From assembly GCA_963663225.1 (NCBI GenBank), contig OY760142.1, forward strand, positions 736,001 to 800,000: a stretch of 64,000 nt of DNA, in the 5' to 3' direction. Of the stretch, positions 25,344-34,898 are shown one piece after another. The translations under genes and the position numbers were made by a program. The number at the start of each line of letters is the position of its first letter. The stretch's first letter is position 1. The notes under the pieces were generated by a model. It was given only the letters and a program-made list of their open reading frames with translations, was not told the DNA's origin and made no database searches. Source of the DNA: Nitrospirota bacterium (GTDB lineage: Bacteria; Nitrospirota; UBA9217).

Positions 25344-26045
25344 TCAGCCGACCAATTTCTCGATTTGTGCAGTATCCATCTTAATGCCAGGCCCCATGGT
25401 CGAGGAAACATACGCACTAATAAGGTACTTGCCCTTGCTCGACGCCGGCTTTGCTTTTAGTATGGACTCCAGCACAGCCTTAGCATTTTCCACAAGCTTG
25501 TTTTCGTCGAAAGAAACTTTTCCCACCGGAACATGAACGATTCCGGCTTTTTCTACGCGGTACTCAACTTTACCGGCACGTATGTCCTTGATGGCTTTTG
25601 CCATGTCGAACGTAACGGTTCCGGTTTTAGGATTCGGCATCAACCCGCGGGGGCCGAGAACTTTTCCGAGTTTACCCACAAGACCCATGAGGTCCGGGGT
25701 TGCCACCACGGTATCAAAATCGACCCAGCCTTCTTTCTGAATTTTATCTGCCAGATCTTCGGCGCCCACATAGTCTGCGCCGGCGTCCCTAGCTTCTTTA
25801 TCCTTCTCCCCTTTGGCGAACACCAAAATTTTGACCTTTTTTCCCGTACCATGAGGAAGAACAACGGTTCCCCGCACCATCTGGTCGGCCTGTTTTGGAT
25901 CGACACCGAGTTTCAATGCGAGATCAACCGTCTCGTCGAACTTTGTTTTGGCGACCTTTTTAGCAAGCCCGATCCCCTCTTCAATGCCGTAAAGCTTGGA
26001 ACGGTCAACTTGCGCTGCAGCAGCTTTATACTTCTTTCCTGACAT
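25344..26045 (-). CDS. rplA: 50S ribosomal protein L1
   Basis: [23 protein letters not shown]. Confidence 0.99.
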   Translation of the reverse strand: MSGKKYKAAAAQVDRSKLYGIEEGIGLAKKVAKTKFDETVDLALKLGVDPKQADQMVRGTVVLPHGTGKKVKILVFAKGEKDKEARDAGADYVGAEDLADKIQKEGWVDFDTVVATPDLMGLVGKLGKVLGPRGLMPNPKTGTVTFDMAKAIKDIRAGKVEYRVEKAGIVHVPVGKVSFDENKLVENAKAVLESILKAKPASSKGKYLISAYVSSTMGPGIKMDTAQIEKLVG

Positions 26046-26056
26046 CAGTCCTCCTC

Positions 26057-26087
26057 GCGGTGTTCACGGCCGTTGTCGGCCTCCCGC
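26057..26087 (-). promoter_or_regulatory. Putative uL1-binding mRNA hairpin upstream of rplA
   Basis: Minus strand GCGGGAG-GCCG-acaa-CGGC-cgtgaac-ACCGC next to the rplA RBS. Confidence 0.55.
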
Positions 26088-26130
26088 TTTTTATACAGAT
26101 TGCCTCTGCAATTCAACATTACCTGCAAAC

Positions 26131-26556
26131 TTATTCGGTAATTTCAAGCCCCATGCTTTTTGCGGAACCTTCGATCATACGCATGGCCGATTCTACAGTT
26201 GCCGCATTAAGATCCGGAAGCTTTGTCTGGGCAATTTCTTTAATTTGTGCGCGCGTTACCTTGCCGATTTTTTCCTTGTTCGGCGTCCCGGACCCCTTTA
26301 TGATCCCGGCGGCTTTTTTAAGCAATTCCGCCGCTGGCGGCGTTTTCGTAATAAACGTAAAAGACCGGTCCGAATACACCGTAATAATAACAGGAACTAT
26401 CGTCTCTCCCATTTTTTGGGTTTTTGCGTTGAACGCTTTGCAAAATTCCATGATATTGACGCCGTGCTGACCGAGCGCGGGTCCTACCGGCGGAGCCGGG
26501 TTTGCTTTTCCTGCCGGAACCTGAAGTTTAATTTTTGCTGTAATTTCTTTTGCCAT
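26131..26556 (-). CDS. rplK: 50S ribosomal protein L11
   Basis: [12 protein letters not shown]. Confidence 0.99.
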   Translation of the reverse strand: MAKEITAKIKLQVPAGKANPAPPVGPALGQHGVNIMEFCKAFNAKTQKMGETIVPVIITVYSDRSFTFITKTPPAAELLKKAAGIIKGSGTPNKEKIGKVTRAQIKEIAQTKLPDLNAATVESAMRMIEGSAKSMGLEITE

Positions 26557-26602
26557 TGATATGCTCCCACCTTACCTTAATTAACAATAGTAATAAGTAG
26601 TA

Positions 26603-27145
26603 CTATTTTTCTTTTTCCCGCTCTACCTGGAGAAACTCCAACTCTACCGGTGTTGAACGGCCAAAAATGCTTACCATCACGCGGAGTCTGCCATGGGTAG
26701 GATTTACATCTTCCACGGTTCCTATGAAGCTGCTGAACGGCCCATCGATCACCCTGACCCGGTCGCCTTTCTGGTATGCCTGCTTTGGCTGGGTTGGAGC
26801 AACGGCCCCTTCTTCAGTCTGCTTCAGGATTGTTTTCACTTCATCATCGCTTAACGGAGTCGGGTTCGTGCTGCCGCCGACGAATCCCGTTACCTTGGGG
26901 GTTTCCTTGATGATATGCCAGGAATTATCGTCCATCTCCATTTCAACGAGAATATATCCAGGAAAAAACTTTCTCTGTGACTTGCGTTTTTTTCCGGCCT
27001 TAATGGACATGACTTCTTCAGTCGGCACAAGAATCTGGCCAATTTTGTCCTGCAACCCGAGTTTGGAAACAGTTTCAAGAATACTGCTTTTCACCTTGTT
27101 TTCAAAACCCGCATATGTATGAACAACATACCAATTCATCGGCAT
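26603..27145 (-). CDS. nusG: Transcription termination/antitermination factor NusG
   Basis: WYVVHTY, FPGYILVEM, KOW domain. Confidence 0.99.
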   Translation of the reverse strand: MPMNWYVVHTYAGFENKVKSSILETVSKLGLQDKIGQILVPTEEVMSIKAGKKRKSQRKFFPGYILVEMEMDDNSWHIIKETPKVTGFVGGSTNPTPLSDDEVKTILKQTEEGAVAPTQPKQAYQKGDRVRVIDGPFSSFIGTVEDVNPTHGRLRVMVSIFGRSTPVELEFLQVEREKEK

Positions 27146-27154
27146 ATTTAATCT

Positions 27155-27340
27155 CTATCTGAACGTGGCCGTCATAACGTTCGCCAGCGTCATATCAATC
27201 ACACCCAGAAAAAAGGCGGAAATAAGCACGGTAATGATCACCACCCACGTAGAGCCTATAACCTCCTTTTTCGTCGGAAATACAACTTTTTTGAGCTCAA
27301 GCTTTACTTCCTTGAAAAACTCAGCTATTTTTTTGAACAT
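27155..27340 (-). CDS. secE: Preprotein translocase subunit SecE
   Basis: FFKEVKLELKKVVFP plus one TM helix; start moved to ATG 27340 because the longer ORF overlaps tRNA-Trp. Confidence 0.95.
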   Translation of the reverse strand: MFKKIAEFFKEVKLELKKVVFPTKKEVIGSTWVVIITVLISAFFLGVIDMTLANVMTATFR

Positions 27341-27372
27341 ATGAAGAGGCCTCTTTCTGTGTAGGAAAAATA

Positions 27373-27449
27373 TGGCAGGCCAGGAGGGACTCGAACCCCC
27401 AGCAGCCGGATTTGGAGTCCGGAGCTCTACCAATTAGAGCTACTGGCCT
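27373..27449 (-). tRNA. trnW: tRNA-Trp(CCA)
   Basis: AGGCCAG acceptor stem, anticodon loop CTCCAAA, GTTCGAG T-loop, encoded CCA. Confidence 0.97.
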
Positions 27450-27475
27450 GTAATATGGCTTCCATAAACTACAAA

Positions 27476-27628
27476 CTACGCTTTTGTTTCCTTATGCGTG
27501 GTATGTTTACGACAGAACCGGCAATATTTTTCAAGGTTCAGTTTATCCGGCGTATTTCTCTTGTTTTTGGTTGTAGAATAGTTTTTACGCTTGCAGTCAC
27601 TGCAGGCGAGAAGAACGATTTCCCGCAT
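27476..27628 (-). CDS. rpmG: 50S ribosomal protein L33 (Zn-binding type; not in ORF track)
   Basis: Manual translation [50 protein letters not shown]. Confidence 0.97.
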   Translation of the reverse strand: MREIVLLACSDCKRKNYSTTKNKRNTPDKLNLEKYCRFCRKHTTHKETKA

Positions 27629-27717
27629 GGTCTCTTGCCTCTTTCTTTATAATTTCCACCACGAATCCCGGAAGGCATCATAAAAAATCAACTGACAACC
27701 GGAAATCCGCTGTTGAT

Positions 27718-28917
27718 TTATTCAATTACTTCCGTGATGACGCCGGCGCCAACGGTTCTGCCGCCTTCACGAATGGCAAAACGAAGCTCCTTGTCCATCG
27801 CTATCGGCGTGATAAGTTCCACCGAGCAGCTCATGTTGTCCCCCGGCATTACCATCTCCACTCCCTCTGCCAGGGTCACAACTCCCGTAACATCCGTCGT
27901 CCTAAAGTAAAACTGCGGCCGGTAACCCTTGAAAAACGGCGTGTGGCGGCCACCCTCTTCCTTCGTCAGCACATATGCCTCAGCCTTGAACTTCGTATGG
28001 GGCGTGATGCTCCCCGGCTTCGCCAATACCATGCCGCGCTCCACATCCTCTTTCTTGACTCCTCGCAGCAATACTCCAACGTTGTCGCCGGCCTCGCCCT
28101 GGTCCAAAAGCTTCCGGAACATCTCTACGCCCGTCACCACCGTCTTCTGCGTCGGCTTGATTCCCACTATCTCGATTTCATCGCTTACCTTGACCACTCC
28201 TCGCTCTATACGGCCCGTCACAACGGTACCGCGGCCCGCAATCGAAAACACGTCTTCAATAGGCATCAGGTACGGCTTGTCTATGTCGCGCTTCGGCTGC
28301 GGTACGTAGCTGTCAATGGCGGCCATCAACTCAAAAATGCTCTTGTATTCCGCCGCATTCGAATCCTTGCTCTCGCTCTGAAGCGCCTTTAACGCGCTCC
28401 CCTTAATAATCGGTGTCTTGTCGCCGGGGAACTGGTACTTCGACAGCAATTCCCGAATCTCAAGCTCTACCAGCTCGATGAGCTCCGGATCGTCCACCAT
28501 GTCCACCTTGTTCATGTATACCACGATATACGGTACTCCCACCTGACGCGCTAGCAGTATGTGCTCGCGGGTCTGGGGCATCGGTCCGTCCGCCGCGGAA
28601 ACTACCAGAATCGCTCCGTCCATCTGAGCTGCGCCGGTGATCATGTTCTTCACATAGTCTGCATGGCCCGGGCAGTCCACATGGGCATAGTGGCGATTCT
28701 CTGTCTGGTATTCCACATGCGCCGTCGCAATGGTAATACCGCGCTCCCGTTCTTCCGGAGCCTTGTCGATATTATCATACGATACAAAGCTCGCCATGTT
28801 CTTAAGCGCCAACACCTTCGTGATGGCTGCTGTCAACGTCGTCTTGCCGTGGTCCACATGTCCAATCGTACCCACGTTCACATGAGGTTTCGTCCTCTCA
28901 AATTTTGCCTTCGCCAT
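27718..28917 (-). CDS. tuf: Elongation factor Tu (tRNA-operon copy)
   Basis: Protein identical to 11192..12391; downstream of the tRNA cluster. Confidence 0.99.
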   Translation of the reverse strand: MAKAKFERTKPHVNVGTIGHVDHGKTTLTAAITKVLALKNMASFVSYDNIDKAPEERERGITIATAHVEYQTENRHYAHVDCPGHADYVKNMITGAAQMDGAILVVSAADGPMPQTREHILLARQVGVPYIVVYMNKVDMVDDPELIELVELEIRELLSKYQFPGDKTPIIKGSALKALQSESKDSNAAEYKSIFELMAAIDSYVPQPKRDIDKPYLMPIEDVFSIAGRGTVVTGRIERGVVKVSDEIEIVGIKPTQKTVVTGVEMFRKLLDQGEAGDNVGVLLRGVKKEDVERGMVLAKPGSITPHTKFKAEAYVLTKEEGGRHTPFFKGYRPQFYFRTTDVTGVVTLAEGVEMVMPGDNMSCSVELITPIAMDKELRFAIREGGRTVGAGVITEVIE

Positions 28918-28993
28918 GCTCTCCGCCTCCTGTCCGGGAAGTGAAAAAAAATAGTTATTATTCGATAATCAGGTAATACAACACACTCTGTAC

Positions 28994-29069
28994 TGGAGCC
29001 CATGAGCGGGATTGAACCGCTGACCTCATCCTTACCAAGGATGTGCTCTACCAACTGAGCTACATGGGC
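28994..29069 (-). tRNA. trnT: tRNA-Thr(GGT)
   Basis: GCCCATG acceptor, loop TTGGTAA, CCA end. Confidence 0.97.
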
Positions 29070-29108
29070 AACATAGCAACTCAAACGGTTTACACCGTCT
29101 CATAGATA

Positions 29109-29185
29109 TGGAGCGGGAAACGGGATTCGAACCCGCGACCCCCAGCTTGGAAGGCTGGCGCTCTAGCCAGCTGAGCTATTCCCGC
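29109..29185 (-). tRNA. trnG: tRNA-Gly(TCC)
   Basis: GCGGGAA acceptor, loop CTTCCAA, CCA end. Confidence 0.97.
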
Positions 29186-29200
29186 GTTCTACACAATTTA

Positions 29201-29286
29201 TGGTGGGGAGGGGAGGATTCGAACCTCCGTAGGCTGACGCCGACAGATTTACAGTCTGTTCCCTTTGGCCGCTCGGGAACCTCCCC
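29201..29286 (-). tRNA. trnY: tRNA-Tyr(GTA)
   Basis: Loop CTGTAAA, long variable arm, CCA end. Confidence 0.97.
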
Positions 29287-29340
29287 ATTAAAAAAAACTA
29301 GCCGCTGAACAATTTACCGACTTGGCATTTCTAAAAAAAC

Positions 29341-29416
29341 TGGAGCCACCGAAGGGACTCGAACCCCCGACAGGCTGATTACAAATCAGCTACTCTACCA
29401 ACTGAGTTACGGTGGC
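29341..29416 (-). tRNA. trnT: tRNA-Thr(TGT)
   Basis: GCCACCG acceptor, loop TTTGTAA, CCA end. Confidence 0.97.
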
Positions 29417-29539
29417 AGAACCTTCTGGACACACCACGTCCCCTCGTTTTACTGTTTCCTGAGGAATTTAGTTTTAGAATGCGTGTTACAAACACTATGA
29501 GGCTTGTAGAGAAACAACTGCCACGCCCAAAGAATTGTA

Positions 29540-29569
29540 ATTATAAAAGAATACAACTGTTCTTGTCAA
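29540..29569 (-). promoter_or_regulatory. sigma70 promoter of the tRNA-tuf operon
   Basis: Minus strand TTGACA-N18-TATAAT. Confidence 0.8.
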
Positions 29570-29634
29570 GGAAAAAGATAGCCGACTGCTAAAGGGGGTT
29601 TTTCTCAGAAACGGCCCGAGGAACAACGGAACCG

Positions 29635-30384
29635 TCATTTTTTATTCTTTTGTTGCTGCCGCAGGATTTCATACAATATTACTCCCGCCGCAACCGACAC
29701 ATTAAGCGAAGTAATTTTTCCCATGAGCGGCAAGGAAACCACATAATCACAGTGGTCACGCACTAATCTGCGGATTCCACTGTCCTCCCCTCCAAGAACA
29801 AGGGCAGTTGGACGACACAGGTCTGCATCCCAGTAAACCATATCACCGTCCGCTTCAACTCCGACTACCCATACTCCGTTCTTCTTCAACTCTTCTATTG
29901 TATTAACGATGTTTACTACTTTGACAACCGGCACGTATTCCAATGCGCCCGCCGCCGTCTTTGCCACTGTTTCCGTCAGCCCCACGGCCCGGCGTTCAGG
30001 AATTATCACGCCATGCACACCTGCAGCATCAGCCGTCCGCAGGATTGCGCCGAGGTTTCTCGGGTCTTCCACGCCGTCCAGAATAATAAAAAGCGGCGCT
30101 TCTCCCCGCTGGGCGGGAATACGCAAAACGTCATCAAGCGTGGAATATTCAACAGCCGCGGTTATCGCCAGGACGCCCTGGTGCAGGGCATGCGGCACTT
30201 CCCGATTCAAATGTTCACGCGTCGCAAATCTGACTTCAATTCCTTTTTCCTGTGCGAGCCTGATAATTGCCAGCACATCCCGGTCTTTCTTGCGCTGCTC
30301 TGAAACGAGAAGCCGTTGGACGGGACGGCCTGCTTTAAGCGCCTCAGCCACCGGGTTAATACCGACTATTTTATCTTTGGACAT
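29635..30384 (-). CDS. rlmB: 23S rRNA Gm2251 2'-O-methyltransferase (SPOUT)
   Basis: DPRNLGAILR, SLNVSVAAG; adjacent to cysS. Confidence 0.95.
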   Translation of the reverse strand: MSKDKIVGINPVAEALKAGRPVQRLLVSEQRKKDRDVLAIIRLAQEKGIEVRFATREHLNREVPHALHQGVLAITAAVEYSTLDDVLRIPAQRGEAPLFIILDGVEDPRNLGAILRTADAAGVHGVIIPERRAVGLTETVAKTAAGALEYVPVVKVVNIVNTIEELKKNGVWVVGVEADGDMVYWDADLCRPTALVLGGEDSGIRRLVRDHCDYVVSLPLMGKITSLNVSVAAGVILYEILRQQQKNKK

Positions 30385-30446
30385 AAATTCATATTTACCA
30401 TTGCGGGGGTTTTAAACATCAACGTCCAAACGTCCGATCTGCGTTT

Positions 30447-31922
30447 CTACTTCGGTTTCCAGGCAGTGCCGTCCGGCCGGTCGAAAAGCTCTATGCCGCC
30501 TTCATCAAGAACTTTCCTGATGCGGTCTGCTTCCGCCCAATCCTTGCGCTGCCGGGCCTCGTTCCGCAAACCGATATATTCTTCTATTTGCTCCACCGAC
30601 ATCGTCACTTTGCTGTCCATCCGCCGGCCTTCCTGGAACCATTCTTCCGGATCGCGGACGAACAGCCCGAGTGTTTCGCCTACATTGTTGAAAGCTTCGA
30701 GGGCCGTCGAAAGAATAATATATGCGGCATCTTCACGTTTTTGATCGATTTCCGCCAGATATTTGTTCACGTCACGCACTAGATCGTAAACAATGCCGAT
30801 GGCAAACGCGGTGTTAAAATCATCGTCCATGGCTTCTTCGAAAGCGTGCGGAAGGTTCAATATTTTTTCGTACAGGGGGCGGGCGGCCGCCTCAATGACT
30901 TCCTCGGGTTTGACCGGAGGAGGAGTCTTGCCCGAAAGAAATTTCTTGAGCGATTCTTTCATCCGGTAAAAACGGTCCAAACCCGCGCGCGCGTCTTTGA
31001 GGTTTGCATCGGAAAAGTCTATCGGGCTGCGATAATGCGTCGAAAGAAGAAACAGACGGACAATTTCGGCATCATACTGGTCAAGTATTTCTCGAATAGT
31101 AAAAAAGTTGCCGAGTGATTTCGACATCTTTTCAGCGTTGATATTCACAAAACCGTTGTGGAGCCAATAGTGCACAAACGGCTTGCCGGAATATCCTTCA
31201 CTCTGGGCAATCTCATTTTCATGGTGCGGAAACACGAGGTCTTTGCCCCCGGCATGGATGTCAAATGTTTCCCCAAGATGTTTGAATCCCATGGCGGAAC
31301 ATTCGATATGCCAGCCGGGCCTTCCCGGCCCCCACGGGCTTTCCCATGCAGGTTCGCCCGGCTTGGAAGCTTTCCACAATGCAAAATCGAGAGGATCGAT
31401 TTTGCGGTCATCCACCTCAACACGGGCGCCCGCTTTCAGGTCATCGAGATTTCTTTTGGAAAGCCTGCCATAGTCCTTGAAACTCGACACGCGGTAATAG
31501 ACATCGCCGTCCACAACATACGCATGTCCCTTCGCAAGCAACCCCTTGATTACCTCGATCATCTCCGGGATATGCTCAGTGGCTTTTGGTTCAATGTCCG
31601 CCTTCCCCACTCCGAGGCGCCTCATATCGGTCTGATACGCTTCAATATATTTACGCGCCACTTCTGCCGGGGTGATCCCTTCTTCATGAGCGCGGTTGAT
31701 GATCTTGTCGTCAACATCGGTGAAATTTCGGACATACTTCACCGCAAAACCTTTGCGCCTAAAGTACCGCTGGATCAGATCAAATGCCACGGCGCCGCGC
31801 GCATGTCCGAGATGGGAATAGTCATACACCGTAACACCGCACGCATACATCGTTACCTTGCCGGGGTGCAAAGGAACAAATTCCTCCTTTTTCCCGGTAA
31901 GCGTGTTAAACAGTTTAATCAT
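30447..31922 (-). CDS. cysS: Cysteine--tRNA ligase
   Basis: CGVTVYD, HLGH, GRPGWHIECSAM, KMSKS. Confidence 0.99.
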   Translation of the reverse strand: MIKLFNTLTGKKEEFVPLHPGKVTMYACGVTVYDYSHLGHARGAVAFDLIQRYFRRKGFAVKYVRNFTDVDDKIINRAHEEGITPAEVARKYIEAYQTDMRRLGVGKADIEPKATEHIPEMIEVIKGLLAKGHAYVVDGDVYYRVSSFKDYGRLSKRNLDDLKAGARVEVDDRKIDPLDFALWKASKPGEPAWESPWGPGRPGWHIECSAMGFKHLGETFDIHAGGKDLVFPHHENEIAQSEGYSGKPFVHYWLHNGFVNINAEKMSKSLGNFFTIREILDQYDAEIVRLFLLSTHYRSPIDFSDANLKDARAGLDRFYRMKESLKKFLSGKTPPPVKPEEVIEAAARPLYEKILNLPHAFEEAMDDDFNTAFAIGIVYDLVRDVNKYLAEIDQKREDAAYIILSTALEAFNNVGETLGLFVRDPEEWFQEGRRMDSKVTMSVEQIEEYIGLRNEARQRKDWAEADRIRKVLDEGGIELFDRPDGTAWKPK

Positions 31923-32006
31923 GGATAGTGTTTCCTCGTATACTTCTGATATACTGTAATTAGTTTTATTATAGTCTAAAAAAATGAAGCCAGTGCAAAG
32001 AATAAA

Positions 32007-32035
32007 ATTTTATAGATTGCATGTTTATTTGTCAA
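32007..32035 (-). promoter_or_regulatory. sigma70 promoter of cysS-rlmB
   Basis: Minus strand TTGACA-N17-TAAAAT. Confidence 0.7.
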
Positions 32036-32062
32036 GGTTTTTAAAAAAAGGGGTTTCTTCCT

Positions 32063-32572
32063 ATGATGAGTGCAAAGCGCTTGCGGTTTGTTGTGCATGA
32101 ACACAAAGCCACACGGCTCCATTATGATTTCCGTCTCGAAATCGACGGAGTGCTGAAATCCTGGGCCATCCCCAAGGGACCGTCATTGAACCCCGCCGAC
32201 AAACGGCTCGCGGTCTCGGTTCCCGACCATGAACTTTCCTATATAGATTATGAAGGAATCATTCCGGAAGGAAGCTATGGGGCCGGGCCGGTTGTCATCT
32301 GGGATCAAGGCGAGTTCATTCCGCTCGAAACTCACGATCCAACGGCGTCACTTCACACCGGAAAACTCACCTTTGAGCTGAAAGGCAAAAAGTTGAACGG
32401 AACCTTCACTCTTGCCCAGATGAAAAAACTTCCCAAAAATACGGGAAAAGAATGGCTCCTCATGAAGAAAAAAGATGCCCGCGCCGAACCGGATTTCATG
32501 CTCAAAACAGAATTGACGCCTGCGAGGCTGTCAAAACTGAAGGAACGCACTCCTCCCTGCGACACGGATTGA
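32063..32572 (+). CDS. Stand-alone LigD 3'-phosphoesterase (PE) domain protein
   Basis: FVVHEHKATRLHYDFRLE...SWAIPKGPSLNP..KRLAV..DH...Y..YEG.IP.G.YGAG.V.IWD.G signature. Confidence 0.92.
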   Translation: MMSAKRLRFVVHEHKATRLHYDFRLEIDGVLKSWAIPKGPSLNPADKRLAVSVPDHELSYIDYEGIIPEGSYGAGPVVIWDQGEFIPLETHDPTASLHTGKLTFELKGKKLNGTFTLAQMKKLPKNTGKEWLLMKKKDARAEPDFMLKTELTPARLSKLKERTPPCDTD

Positions 32573-32614
32573 TGCTTAGTATTGTTATCCTTTCTTGATT
32601 GCGCGAAAAAAATC

Positions 32615-32643
32615 TTGAGTTCCATCGGATAACATACTATAGT
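32615..32643 (+). promoter_or_regulatory. Putative sigma70 promoter of hemE
   Basis: TTGAGT-N17-TATAGT. Confidence 0.45.
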
Positions 32644-32699
32644 TGCTTCGTGGTTTGTGTCGTAATGCAAGTATGTCTTTAAACATTCAGGAGAAGCAG

Positions 32700-33773
32700 A
32701 TGTCCAGATCCGACAGGTTTCTCAAAGCATGCAGGCGTGAGCCGGTAGATTGCACTCCGGTCTGGATGATGCGGCAGGCCGGAAGATATCTTCCGGAATA
32801 TCGCGAGATACGCGCCAAACATACGTTTCTGGAAATGTGCAAAACTCCGGAACTCGCCGCGGAAATCACGATCCAGCCGCTCCGGCGTTATGAAATCGAC
32901 GCCGCTATTATTTTTGCGGACATCCTGCTCCCACTCGAACCCATGGGCATCGGGCTTGAGTTTGCCAAAGGCGAAGGACCGGTGATTCATAATCCTGTCC
33001 GTACCATGGCGGACGTAAAAAACCTCAGACCCATTGACGCTGCCAAACAGATCGCATACCTGATGCAGGCCATCAAACTCGTGCTGAAAGAGCTGAATGG
33101 AATGGTGCCGCTCATCGGCTTCTCGGGTGCGCCGTTTACTCTCGCAAGCTATATTATAGAAGGCGGCGGCTCCAAAAATTATGAATATGCCAAGACGATG
33201 ATGTTTACCGACCCGAAAGCCTGGCATAGACTCATGGAGCATCTGGCCGGGGTCATTATCAATTACCTGAACGCTCAAATCGATGCCGGCGTGCAGGTGG
33301 TCCAGCTGTTCGACTCCTGGGTCGGAACTTTGGGCCCGAATGATTATCGTGAGTTTGTGCTTCCGCATCAGAAAATGGTCATTGCCGGAATCAACAAAAG
33401 CGTGCCCCTCATTCACTTCGCGAACGGTGCGGGACATCTCCTCGAGATGGTTGCCGAAGCCGGCGGCGACGTAATCGGCCTTGACTGGCGATGCAATCTT
33501 GATGACGCGTGGAAACGCGTTGGATATGATAAAGGTGTTCAGGGAAATCTGGACCCCCTCACCCTCTTCGGCACAAAAGAATTCATCCGGAAGAGAACAA
33601 AAGACATCCTTGACGCTGCCGGCAACAGAAACGGCCATATCATGAATCTGGGACACGGCATTCTGCAGCAGACGCCGCTTGAAAACGCGACAGAGTTTAT
33701 CAACGCAACGCACGAGCTGAGCAACCGGGAAGAACAGGAATCGCACAAATATCGGCGTCCCTGTTTCCCCTGA
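32700..33773 (+). CDS. hemE: Uroporphyrinogen decarboxylase
   Basis: PVWMMRQAGRYLPEY, IGFSGAPFTLASY, NLGHGI; start ATG 32700 after AGGAG. Confidence 0.98.
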   Translation: MSRSDRFLKACRREPVDCTPVWMMRQAGRYLPEYREIRAKHTFLEMCKTPELAAEITIQPLRRYEIDAAIIFADILLPLEPMGIGLEFAKGEGPVIHNPVRTMADVKNLRPIDAAKQIAYLMQAIKLVLKELNGMVPLIGFSGAPFTLASYIIEGGGSKNYEYAKTMMFTDPKAWHRLMEHLAGVIINYLNAQIDAGVQVVQLFDSWVGTLGPNDYREFVLPHQKMVIAGINKSVPLIHFANGAGHLLEMVAEAGGDVIGLDWRCNLDDAWKRVGYDKGVQGNLDPLTLFGTKEFIRKRTKDILDAAGNRNGHIMNLGHGILQQTPLENATEFINATHELSNREEQESHKYRRPCFP

Positions 33774-33800
33774 TTCTTACTACGTTACTTCCAATATTAT

Positions 33801-34721
33801 ATGTCCGATAAAACCGCAATCATTCTCATCGCGTTGGGCGGGCCGGGCTCCCTCAAAGAGGTCGGGCCGTTCATGGCCGCGTTTATGGGAAAGCCTGCTC
33901 CCCCTCCTGTTGTCTCCACCGTCATTGAGCGTTATAAGCTGATCGGAAACAAATCCCCTCTTCCTGAAATTGTGAGAAAGCAGGCAGAAGCACTCGAAAA
34001 AGAACTTGGCAATAACTACCAAGTGCATGAAGGGTTCAGGTACTCCCAACCGTCTATTGCGGACTCTTTTGAGAAAGCCGTCAAGAACGGCGCAACCCGG
34101 ATCATTGGCCTGTCTCTCTCGCCTTTTGAAACAGAAATCACGACAGGAGCGTACCGAAACGCATTCGAGTCTGTGGAAAGCACCGGGATCACCAAACAGT
34201 TCATCTCCAACTGGCATAATAATCAACTCTTTATCAAAGCTTGGCAGGAGAAGATTAAAGAAGGACTTAGTAAGTTTCCAGAAACAGAACGCAAGGATGC
34301 AGTCGTTCTTTTTTCAAGCCATAGTATTCCGGTGCGGTATATTAATGCGGGAGATCCCTATCAAAGACAGATTGAAGAAACAGTCAGGCTCCTTGTGGAG
34401 GGGATGAGTCTAAAACATTGGCGCATAGCCTGGCAAAGCAAGGGCGCTCGTGCAACTGAGCCGTGGCTTGAACCGGACGTAGAAACGACACTGAATCAGG
34501 TCGCGCAGGAAGGTCACAAAACTGTTCTCGAAGTGCCAATCGGCTTCACGTGCGACCATCTGGAGACCCTCTACGATATAGATATTGCACACCGGGCACA
34601 CGCTGTGAAAGTGGGGCTTGGATTTGAGCGGGCGGAGTCTTTGAATACCTCGCCTATGTTTGTTAAGGCATTGGCGGAGGTTATCTTGAAAACATTATTA
34701 CGGAATAGGATCGTTTGCTAA
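33801..34721 (+). CDS. hemH: Ferrochelatase (proto- or coproporphyrin)
   Basis: LGGP, FSSHSIP, GDPY, WLEP, DHLETLYDID. Confidence 0.95.
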   Translation: MSDKTAIILIALGGPGSLKEVGPFMAAFMGKPAPPPVVSTVIERYKLIGNKSPLPEIVRKQAEALEKELGNNYQVHEGFRYSQPSIADSFEKAVKNGATRIIGLSLSPFETEITTGAYRNAFESVESTGITKQFISNWHNNQLFIKAWQEKIKEGLSKFPETERKDAVVLFSSHSIPVRYINAGDPYQRQIEETVRLLVEGMSLKHWRIAWQSKGARATEPWLEPDVETTLNQVAQEGHKTVLEVPIGFTCDHLETLYDIDIAHRAHAVKVGLGFERAESLNTSPMFVKALAEVILKTLLRNRIVC

Positions 34722-34860
34722 CTTATTGTATTCTTTTCTTGCATCGTCGGCCCAACCTCGATAATGCACTGCGCCTTGGCCGCTGACCTAAGATCAGTTG
34801 CGGCGTTGTTTAACACGCTGGCTATTTTGTCGTTGATGTAGTTGTAGGTACACCCTTCCC

Positions 34861-34882
34861 TCCCCCGACGGCAGTCGGGGGA
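34861..34882. repeat. Perfect GC-rich hairpin between convergent genes
   Basis: TCCCCCGAC-GGCA-GTCGGGGGA; no U-tract on either strand. Confidence 0.7.
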
Positions 34883-34898
34883 TTCCCTGTCGCTGGGA

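Noticed and set aside
27341-27433. N-terminal extension of the SecE ORF
   Set aside because: Overlaps tRNA-Trp; ATG 27340 gives a normal-length SecE
28994-29634. tRNA cluster as an island integration site
   Set aside because: Flanked by housekeeping genes; no duplicated tRNA 3' end or integrase seen
33720-33773. HemE C-terminal tail ending RRPCFP as a heme-regulatory motif
   Set aside because: Not a Cys-Pro dipeptide; could be simple stop-codon drift
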